Of a stretch of DNA of 39,295 nucleotides, positions 15,944 to 22,723 are shown one piece after another. Both the position numbers and the translations under genes were made by a program. Where the stretch lies: NCBI GenBank assembly GCA_964548505.1, contig CAZJQE010000002.1:1-39295 (forward strand). Direction: 5' to 3'. The notes under the pieces are model-generated. The model did not search any database, was not told the DNA's origin, and saw only the letters and a list, made by a program, of their open reading frames with translations. Numbering within the stretch: position 1 is the stretch's first letter; every line of letters begins with the position of its first letter. Origin of the DNA: an uncultured Candidatus Saccharibacteria bacterium. Lineage in GTDB: Bacteria; Patescibacteriota; Minisyncoccia; Phycocordibacterales; UBA9973.

Positions 15944-18106
15944 ATGGATGAAAGACTTTTAAAGCCTTACAACCCAAAAGAAACAGAAGAAAGAATTTAC
16001 AAACTCTGGGAAGAGAGTGGTTTTTTTAACCCAGATGTTTGCGTTGAGAAAGGAATAACTTCTCCTGAAGCTAAGCCTTTTACTTTAATAATGCCTCCGA
16101 CAAATGCCAATGGTTCACTCCATGCAGGACATGGTCTTGTAATGACAATTGAAGATATAATCGTGCGTTATAAAAGAATGCGCGGATTCCGAACTCTTTG
16201 GCTCCCAGGGCTTGATCACGCAGGGTTTGAAACCCAAGTTGTATATGAAAAAAAATTAGAAAAAGAAGGAAGAACTCGTTTTGAAATAGAAAGAGAACAA
16301 CTCTATAAAGAAATTCTTGATTTCACCTTAGAAAATTCAAAAAATATTAAAGGACAAATACGACGGATGGGTGCATCGTGCGATTGGTCTCGAGAAAAAT
16401 TTACTCTCGATGAGAGTATTACGAAAATTGTTTATCAAACTTTTAAAAAACTTTATGATGATGGTTTGGCATATAGGGGTAATAGAATAGTATCTTGGTG
16501 TACCAAACATCAAACTTCTTTTTCTGATTTAGAAATCAAAGACGAAGAAAGAGTTGAACCATATTATTATCTCAAATACGGTCCTTTTACTATTTCCACT
16601 TCTCGTCCTGAAACAAAATTTGGAGATAAATATGTAGTAATGCATCCGAGTGATGTGAGATATACGGAGTATAAAGATGGACAAAAAATAGATTTGGAAT
16701 GGATCAATGGTCCAATAACTGCAACAGTAATAAAAGATAATGCTGTTGACATGGAATTCGGTACTGGTGTTATGACTATCACTCCATGGCATGATCCTGT
16801 GGATTTTGAAATTGCAGAACGCCACAACTTAGACAAAGAGCAAATAATTGATGAAAATGGAAAACTTTTACCTATCGCAGGAGAATTTGCGGGACAACAT
16901 ATTAAAAAAGCTCGTCCTTTGATTATTGAAAAATTAAAAGGAAAAGGATTATTAGAAAAAACAGATGAAAATTACAAACACGTAGTGAGAACATGTTATA
17001 AATGCGGAACAATCCTTGAGCCCCAAATAAAAAATCAGTGGTTTATAAAAATGAAACCATTGGCAGAAAAAGCACTCGAGAGAATAAAACAAAATGAAAT
17101 AACCTATATCCCAGAACACTATCAAAAAATAACTGTTCATTGGTTAGAAAATATATTGGATTGGAATATCTCTCGGCAAATTGTATGGGGAATTCCAATA
17201 CCAGCAAAAATCTGCATCAAATGTGGGCATGGAATGGTTGACTTGGAAGATAAAATTTCAAAATGTGATAAATGTAATGGAGAAGTGAGACAAGATACTG
17301 ATACTTTTGATACTTGGTTTTCTTCTGGCCAATGGCCATATGCAGTACTTGGATATCCAGACAGTAGTGATTTTAAAAATTTCTATCCTACTGATGTAAT
17401 GGAAACTGCCGGAGATTTGGTTTTCTTTTGGGTATCTCGAATGATAATGCTTGGTATTTATGTCACAGGAAAAGTTCCATTTAAAAATGTTTATTATCAT
17501 GGCATGGTGCTTGATGCTAAAGGGCAAAAGATGAGTAAAAGCAAAGGTAATGTCATAGACCCACTCACATTAACAGACAAATATGGCACAGATGCATTTC
17601 GAATAGGAATGATTGTGGGCAACACTCCTGGTACATCGTTATCATTGTCAGAAGATAAAATTCGAGCATATAAAAATTATGCAAATAAACTTTGGAATAT
17701 AACTCGTTTTATTTTAAGTAATACGACTTTTACAAAATATGATGAAAGTTTTAAAGATTACACAAAAAATGATTTTGAATTAATACAAGAACGTGATTTA
17801 TTTATAAAAGAAATAACTCGTGAAATGGATGAATATAAATTCTACATCGTTGGAGAGAAAATATATCATTATACTTGGAATCGTTTTGCAGATGTAATAA
17901 TAGAAGAAAGTAAGGCAATTCTTGCAAGCGAAGATGAAAAGATAAAAAATTCTCGCGCACAATTTTTACTCGACACTTTAACGAAAATTTTGAAAGTACT
18001 TCACCCGTTTATGCCTTTTGTTACTGAAGAAATTTGGCAAAATATTGAACATGACGATAAAAAAACTTTATTAATGGTAGAGCAGTGGCCTCAATATAAT
18101 GGATAA
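15944..18106 (+). CDS. valS: Valine--tRNA ligase (short form, 720 aa)
   Basis: The HIGH-type motif is PPTNANGSLHAGHG. LWLPGLDHAGFETQ and KMSKSKGN (KMSKS) are present. Extended -10 TGcTAAAAT lies at 15929-15937, 6 nt before the ATG. Confidence 0.9.
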   Translation: MDERLLKPYNPKETEERIYKLWEESGFFNPDVCVEKGITSPEAKPFTLIMPPTNANGSLHAGHGLVMTIEDIIVRYKRMRGFRTLWLPGLDHAGFETQVVYEKKLEKEGRTRFEIEREQLYKEILDFTLENSKNIKGQIRRMGASCDWSREKFTLDESITKIVYQTFKKLYDDGLAYRGNRIVSWCTKHQTSFSDLEIKDEERVEPYYYLKYGPFTISTSRPETKFGDKYVVMHPSDVRYTEYKDGQKIDLEWINGPITATVIKDNAVDMEFGTGVMTITPWHDPVDFEIAERHNLDKEQIIDENGKLLPIAGEFAGQHIKKARPLIIEKLKGKGLLEKTDENYKHVVRTCYKCGTILEPQIKNQWFIKMKPLAEKALERIKQNEITYIPEHYQKITVHWLENILDWNISRQIVWGIPIPAKICIKCGHGMVDLEDKISKCDKCNGEVRQDTDTFDTWFSSGQWPYAVLGYPDSSDFKNFYPTDVMETAGDLVFFWVSRMIMLGIYVTGKVPFKNVYYHGMVLDAKGQKMSKSKGNVIDPLTLTDKYGTDAFRIGMIVGNTPGTSLSLSEDKIRAYKNYANKLWNITRFILSNTTFTKYDESFKDYTKNDFELIQERDLFIKEITREMDEYKFYIVGEKIYHYTWNRFADVIIEESKAILASEDEKIKNSRAQFLLDTLTKILKVLHPFMPFVTEEIWQNIEHDDKKTLLMVEQWPQYNG

Positions 18107-18800
18107 TCTATTTAAAGACCCAAGATCAATAGGTATCGCCATAGTAGAAGGTGTAATCCCTTCCCTTTTATGGCTCTGGTTTTGGTTAAGAGAAGATAGA
18201 GAAGACCCTGAACCAGCAGGAATACTTGCTTTTTGTTTTTTTATTGGCATGGCATTGGTAGTTTTTGCTGTACCAATGCAAAAATTTGTGCAAAGTGTAA
18301 TAAGTTCTAATCAAACCCAAATTATACTTTGGGCAACCATAGAGGAATTATTGAAATATCTTGCAGTAATATTACTTTTATATAAATCAAAATATTTAAA
18401 CAAACCGATAGATTGGCCAATATTTCTTATTACTATAGCGCTTGGTTTCGCTGCATTTGAAAATATACTTTTTATTATAAAACCATTATCTCTAGGACAA
18501 GCGACTGTTGGGCTTATGACTGGTCAGCTTAGATTTTTAGGTTCAACCTTACTGCATGCAGTATCAAGTGGAATAATTGGTATTTCGGTTGGATTGTCAT
18601 TCTATATGGGAAGTTTTTTAAAGAAACTTTATCTTATTATAGGAATAGGACTCGCGATCACCTTGCATAGTAGCTTTAATTTTTTTATAATGAATAATAA
18701 CGGAAGTGATTATTTAAAAGTATTCGCCTTCCTTTGGGTCGCAACAATTATCAATCTACTTCTCTTCGAGAGGTTACGAAGAATGAGTGGTGAAAATTAA
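18099..18800 (+). CDS. PrsW-family intramembrane metalloprotease-like protein
   Basis: Polytopic membrane protein carrying EELLKY, FAAFENILF and HAVSSG motifs. Its start overlaps the valS stop by 8 nt. Confidence 0.65.
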   Translation: MDNLFKDPRSIGIAIVEGVIPSLLWLWFWLREDREDPEPAGILAFCFFIGMALVVFAVPMQKFVQSVISSNQTQIILWATIEELLKYLAVILLLYKSKYLNKPIDWPIFLITIALGFAAFENILFIIKPLSLGQATVGLMTGQLRFLGSTLLHAVSSGIIGISVGLSFYMGSFLKKLYLIIGIGLAITLHSSFNFFIMNNNGSDYLKVFAFLWVATIINLLLFERLRRMSGEN

Positions 18801-18811
18801 AAATTATTAAC

Positions 18812-18840
18812 TTGCCCTCTATTTAATCAAAGGGTATAAT
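18812..18840 (+). promoter_or_regulatory. hsp20 promoter (leaderless type)
   Basis: TTGCCC (18812-18817), 17-nt spacer, TATAAT (18835-18840), then 6 nt before ATG 18847. Confidence 0.5.
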
Positions 18841-18846
18841 AGATAT

Positions 18847-19308
18847 ATGAGTAAAAAAAGAGGTTTTTTTGAAAGATTAACAGGTAGTATGAAAGCTGAT
18901 GATGACGAGGAGGAAATTAAAAAGATACCAGTACATGGAGACAAGAAAGATAACAATTGGATAGAAGAAGAAAACGAAGAAGCAGAACTAACTGTCGATG
19001 TGTATCAAACACAAAATGAAATAATAGTGCAAACAATGGTAGCAGGAGTAAGACCTGAGGATTTGGAGTTGACCCTTGCACGAGACATGATAACAATCCG
19101 AGGCAAAAGAGAAGAATCTCGAACTATTAGCGAAGAGAATTTTTTTACAAAAGAATTATATTGGGGTACCTTTTCAAGAACCATTTCACTCCCCGCTGAA
19201 GTTGACCCAGAAGAAGCCGAAGCAGTAGAAAAACATGGACTTCTTACCATCAAGCTTCCAAAAATAGACAAAGATAGAAAAACAAGTGTAAAAGTAAAAT
19301 CAATCTAA
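18847..19308 (+). CDS. Hsp20 / alpha-crystallin family small heat-shock protein
   Basis: The alpha-crystallin domain pattern is LTVDVYQT.NEIIV...GV.PEDLELTL..DMITIRGKREE...WG.FSR.ISLP..VD...A....G.L.I.LPK. Confidence 0.85.
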   Translation: MSKKRGFFERLTGSMKADDDEEEIKKIPVHGDKKDNNWIEEENEEAELTVDVYQTQNEIIVQTMVAGVRPEDLELTLARDMITIRGKREESRTISEENFFTKELYWGTFSRTISLPAEVDPEEAEAVEKHGLLTIKLPKIDKDRKTSVKVKSI

Positions 19309-19312
19309 ACAC

Positions 19313-19340
19313 AAAAAATTCCGCATTCGCGGAATTTTTT
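19313..19340 (+). terminator. Rho-independent terminator after hsp20
   Basis: AAAAAATTCCGC-ATTC-GCGGAATTTTTT: a perfect stem followed by a T-run. Confidence 0.7.
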
Positions 19341-19385
19341 GTGTTGCAAAAATATTAATTTTTAGTAATATGTAATAGTGCTTAT

Positions 19386-19457
19386 GCCGAGGTAGCTCAG
19401 TAGTAGAGCATTCGCCTGAAGAGCGATGGGTCGGCAGTGCGATTCTGCCCCTCGGCA
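19386..19457 (+). tRNA. tRNA-Phe(GAA)
   Basis: Cloverleaf by hand: GCCGAGG TA GCTC AGTAGTA GAGC A TTCGC CTGAAGA GCGAT GGGTC GGCAG TGCGATT CTGCC CCTCGGC A. CCA is not encoded. The T-loop reads TGC rather than TTC. Confidence 0.8.
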
Positions 19458-19464
19458 CAAATTT

Positions 19465-19490
19465 AAAAAACATCCATTCGGATGTTTTTT
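19465..19490. terminator. Bidirectional terminator hairpin between tRNA-Phe and the convergent small ORF
   Basis: AAAAAACATCC-ATTC-GGATGTTTTTT, with an A-run and a T-run flanking the stem. Confidence 0.65.
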
Positions 19491-19767
19491 ACTGCTTTAT
19501 ATTTATATTTTTCAAAATATCTTGCAAGGAAACACTATCAACACTTTGTTTCATTCCAGAAATATCATTATACATTTTCATTAACTTATCTACATAAGGT
19601 TGCAATACATAAAATGCTCCAATACTGATTCCGATAATAACAAGCCAATAAACGATTCTCATGAAAGATGCCCATTTTTGAGCACTTCTGATTTTATGGA
19701 GCATCACGTTGTTGTCTTTTACAAGCTCAAAAGTTTCTTCTAGTAATTTTTTTTCTTCTGGTTGCAT
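19489..19767 (-). CDS. Small single-pass membrane protein (92 aa), unknown function
   Basis: The ORF has one hydrophobic helix (IVYWLVIIGISIGAFYVL). Extended -10 TGaTAAAAT (reverse complement of 19774-19782) lies 6 nt before the ATG. Confidence 0.55.
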   Translation of the reverse strand: MQPEEKKLLEETFELVKDNNVMLHKIRSAQKWASFMRIVYWLVIIGISIGAFYVLQPYVDKLMKMYNDISGMKQSVDSVSLQDILKNINIKQ

Positions 19768-19808
19768 ATTTATATTTTATCATGATTGATTTAAGAATCA
19801 AATTTTTG

Positions 19809-19880
19809 TGCTCTCGCCGGGAGTCGAACCTGGATCAGCTCGTTAGGAGTGAGCCGTTCTATCCATTGAACTACGAGAGC
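19809..19880 (-). tRNA. tRNA-Arg(CCT)
   Basis: The reverse complement reads GCTCTCG TA GTTC AATGGATA GAAC G GCTCA CTCCTAA CGAGC TGAT CCAGG TTCGACT CCCGG CGAGAGC A. There is one A.C mismatch in the anticodon stem and one in the T stem. Confidence 0.8.
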
Positions 19881-20503
19881 ATTATTTTGTCTTTTACTAC
19901 ATTAATAAGTGACATTAACAGTTTAAACTCTTTTGAACTTTTTTCAACCCTTAGTCTACACATTCCAAATTTTAGTTTTCCTTTCTTGTTTCCTTTTATT
20001 AATTCAATTTTAAAAAACTGATTCTTGTTTAATTCTAAAATATTCGACCAATAGTTAATAGCCTCATTTTGGTTTATGTCATCATATAACCTAATAGAAG
20101 CTTTTATCCTATTTTTTGTTACGCCAATTTCCTTTATAAAATTTAAAAATGCACGAAGCAAAACAGGATCGCTATTTATAATATTTAATTCTTTTTTTGT
20201 TCCCTCTCCCCAATATATACCAATTAAAAGAAAAATTTTATCGCGTAATTTTAATTCTTTAATAATATTATTTGCATCTTTTTTAGATTTAATCCAAAGA
20301 TCTTCGCTTCTGGCTTTACTACCACCCTGTTTTTTATTCAAAACCAATCTATACTTTGGTAAAATATCCACTTCCTGTGTGTATTTTGAAACAATAGATT
20401 TACTTTTTCCTGTACGTAAAGAAATTTCAGAAATACTATTTCCTTTTGATCTTAGTTCAATTATTTTTAATATTATTTTTTGTGATATTTTCAATTTCCC
20501 CAT
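19871..20503 (-). CDS. HTH plus LAGLIDADG-like (single-motif) putative homing endonuclease
   Basis: The N-terminal HTH is IIELRSKGNSISEISLRTGKSKSIVSKY. FLLIGIYWGEGTK...NSDPVLLRAFLNFIKEIG resembles LAGLIDADG-family blocks. The start is set at M13 because TATAAT (reverse complement of 20510-20515) lies 6 nt upstream. The stop codon lies inside tRNA-Arg. Confidence 0.5.
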   Translation of the reverse strand: MGKLKISQKIILKIIELRSKGNSISEISLRTGKSKSIVSKYTQEVDILPKYRLVLNKKQGGSKARSEDLWIKSKKDANNIIKELKLRDKIFLLIGIYWGEGTKKELNIINSDPVLLRAFLNFIKEIGVTKNRIKASIRLYDDINQNEAINYWSNILELNKNQFFKIELIKGNKKGKLKFGMCRLRVEKSSKEFKLLMSLINVVKDKIMLS

Positions 20504-20582
20504 ATTTACATTATATAACAGAATACTAAAACTATCCATAGAATCACATAGGTTTCTAAATAGATATTTTAATTTGAATGAT

Positions 20583-21527
20583 TTAATTAATTTTAGAGAG
20601 CCTACAATACGCCCTTAAGGCATTTATGTCGTCTTCGGTTGGAATTAAACCATTACCAATATTTAATCTATACATTATCGCATCAGGATTATCTAAATGC
20701 TCCAAACCAAGTGCGTGCCCCAATTCATGCATTAAAACTCTTGTAAGGTTGTCTTTACTATCAAATTGATAAATATTTATATATTTTCCTGTTTTATCAG
20801 AAAGATATTGCCCTTCTTCAAATTCATCTCCAAGTTCATCTCCAGTAATATTGTATTCTTTTGCCTTATTATTAAAAGAAACTGCAATCTTATTTAATTC
20901 ATTAATAGAAAAATTAATTTTTTCTATGTATGTATTTAATTCTTGTCTCAATATATTTATTTCTGATAAATCTGATTCTAAAGATTTTTTTTCAAGATTC
21001 GCGGAAACAACTACCTCTTTCGTAGCTCCACCACGACTATTCCAATAAGCTATATCTTTTTGATACTTGCTTTGACGAACATCAAATGATGATTTCCTTG
21101 AATCAAAAATTGCTTTTTTTTCTTTGTATTCTATCTGAAGCTTACTTAACTCTGATTTTAAATTATTATAATTATTTTTATCACTTTCTAATATATTTCC
21201 CATTGCTGCTAATTTATCGGTACTTGCTTGACGTTTATCATACAAAAGACTAATTTTTAATTCACCTCCCGCAGGAATATATTCAAGTAAGTTTTTGCCT
21301 ATTGATGTCTCCCACATATCTTCATCTTGTTTAATTACACTTAAAAAATCTTCCTTGCTAACTCCAAAAGTATCATCAAAACTTCCAATAGAATAAGTCA
21401 TAACCCTAGAACAGGGAAAATATTTATCTTGCAACACAAAAAAACTCTTCTCGAGTGAGTTTCTAAAAACAAAAGCAACAATGCCAAGTACAACTAAGGC
21501 AATGACGTTTTGAAAAACATTTTTCAT
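20583..21527 (-). CDS. Membrane-anchored coiled-coil protein with a C-terminal matrixin-like zinc metalloprotease domain
   Basis: It has an N-terminal TM and a long heptad-rich middle part. HELGHALGLEH (HExxHxxGxxH) is followed by a Met-turn-like AIMY. Confidence 0.7.
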   Translation of the reverse strand: MKNVFQNVIALVVLGIVAFVFRNSLEKSFFVLQDKYFPCSRVMTYSIGSFDDTFGVSKEDFLSVIKQDEDMWETSIGKNLLEYIPAGGELKISLLYDKRQASTDKLAAMGNILESDKNNYNNLKSELSKLQIEYKEKKAIFDSRKSSFDVRQSKYQKDIAYWNSRGGATKEVVVSANLEKKSLESDLSEINILRQELNTYIEKINFSINELNKIAVSFNNKAKEYNITGDELGDEFEEGQYLSDKTGKYINIYQFDSKDNLTRVLMHELGHALGLEHLDNPDAIMYRLNIGNGLIPTEDDINALRAYCRLSKIN

Positions 21528-21534
21528 GTTTAAT

Positions 21535-21771
21535 TTAAATTAATTCCAAAAGCTTGGCTATTTCAGGCTTATTAAAACCAACAATCAATTGATCTTCAAT
21601 AATGATAACTGGCACTCCCATCTGCCCTGATTTTTCCATCATTTCTTTTCTTTTTGTGATATCACTTGCCACGTCGTATTCAACAAAAGGAATACCGTTT
21701 GCCTTAAAAAAGTCTTTTGCCATATGGCAGAAATGACAGGTTGGGGTCGAATATACTGTTACGTTTTTCAT
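21535..21771 (-). CDS. Glutaredoxin-like protein (NrdH/YruB type, CHFC active site)
   Basis: The 78-aa thioredoxin fold has VYSTPTCHFCHMAK, GVPVIII and the GF.. pattern. Confidence 0.8.
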   Translation of the reverse strand: MKNVTVYSTPTCHFCHMAKDFFKANGIPFVEYDVASDITKRKEMMEKSGQMGVPVIIIEDQLIVGFNKPEIAKLLELI

Positions 21772-21877
21772 GATGTTTTAAAAAATTAATTACTAATACC
21801 CTATTTTATCATACTTTTTAAAAAAGCAAAAAGATGCTAAAATCACTCTTATATAGTATTGATTTAGTCTGAAAAAC

Positions 21878-21948
21878 GCGAGTATGGTTTAGTGGTAGAA
21901 TGAGTCCTTCCCAAGGATTAGACGGGGGTTCGATTCCCCCTACTCGCA
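21878..21948 (+). tRNA. tRNA-Gly(CCC)
   Basis: GCGAGTA TG GTTT AGTGGTA GAAT G AGTCC TTCCCAA GGATT AGAC GGGGG TTCGATT CCCCC TACTCGC A. Confidence 0.85.
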
Positions 21949-21959
21949 CACAAAATTTC

Positions 21960-21990
21960 CCTGCCTACCGGCAGGCAGGCTTATTTTATA
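21960..21990 (+). terminator. Hairpin after tRNA-Gly
   Basis: CCTGCC-TACC-GGCAGG is followed by a weak T-rich stretch (CTTATTTTAT). Confidence 0.45.
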
Positions 21991-22003
21991 AGGCTTATTT
22001 TGC

Positions 22004-22032
22004 TTGACTTTTTCATTCAAATATGCTATACT
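22004..22032 (+). promoter_or_regulatory. Sigma70-like promoter with extended -10
   Basis: TTGACT (22004-22009), 17-nt spacer, TGc-TATACT (22027-22032). This predicts a ~135-nt leader for ORF 22175. Confidence 0.5.
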
Positions 22033-22084
22033 TATAGGGTATTTAGCACTTTGAAAATAATCATGATTTTGGGTTTTGGTGAAA

Positions 22085-22134
22085 GCGAATTCTCTTGAAT
22101 TATTAATTAATTTTGATGACTCAAGAGAATTCGC
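22085..22134 (+). promoter_or_regulatory. Perfect 14-bp inverted repeat in the leader of ORF 22175
   Basis: GCGAATTCTCTTGA (22085-22098) and TCAAGAGAATTCGC (22121-22134) are separated by 22 nt. No T-run follows. Confidence 0.5.
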
Positions 22135-22174
22135 AAATCAATCTAAAAATTTAAATTTTTAAAAAACCCTTATT

Positions 22175-22639
22175 ATGAAAACAAGAAAAATTATCCTCGG
22201 CATCAGTTTAATGGTATTACCTTTAATCATTGTTAATTTTTTTATTAACTCCTTGAAAGTTTTTGATTCAAGTCAATTGAAAATGACCCAAACGACAGGA
22301 ATAGAGAAAATTACCTGGGGAGATTTAATTGAATCAGCATTAGTAAAAAGCCATCCCAAAGATACAATTATTATTGGTAAGAGCGAAAATATAACTTTTT
22401 TTTCTCGCTCAAAACACAAAGTAATTACCGAACCCGGAGTACAAATATTCGACACCCCTGACGGATTAACGATTATTTATTCAGAAGGAGTGAATGGTAG
22501 AATATATATTCCTCTTGGGTCAGGCATCCTTGCTGGAGTCGAATTTGCGGTAGTCATTCTCTGCTTTATTTTCGGGCTTAGAATGATTCTACCGAGAATG
22601 AAAAAAGAAACCGTTAAACGAGCCAAATCATATGTTTAA
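22175..22639 (+). CDS. Hypothetical membrane protein (N- and C-terminal TM helices)
   Basis: ORF with TM segments at both ends. I recognise no family. Confidence 0.5.
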   Translation: MKTRKIILGISLMVLPLIIVNFFINSLKVFDSSQLKMTQTTGIEKITWGDLIESALVKSHPKDTIIIGKSENITFFSRSKHKVITEPGVQIFDTPDGLTIIYSEGVNGRIYIPLGSGILAGVEFAVVILCFIFGLRMILPRMKKETVKRAKSYV

Positions 22640-22660
22640 TGGCTATTCATAGTTTAGCTT

Positions 22661-22700
22661 AAAACCTGCGTACGAGCACAATTCGTACACAGGTTTTTTT
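22661..22700. terminator. Bidirectional terminator between convergent ORF 22175 and ppsA
   Basis: AAAACCTGCGTACGAG-CACAA-TTCGTACACAGGTTTTTTT: an imperfect 12-bp stem flanked by an A-run and a T-run. Confidence 0.6.
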
Positions 22701-22723
22701 ATTTACATTTTTAAAATCTTTTT

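Noticed and set aside
20076-20618. A 180-aa ORF on the + strand opposite the LAGLIDADG-like gene.
   Set aside because: It is an antisense shadow ORF. Its translation is F/I/L/S-rich low-complexity, whereas the - strand product has recognisable HTH and LAGLIDADG-like blocks.
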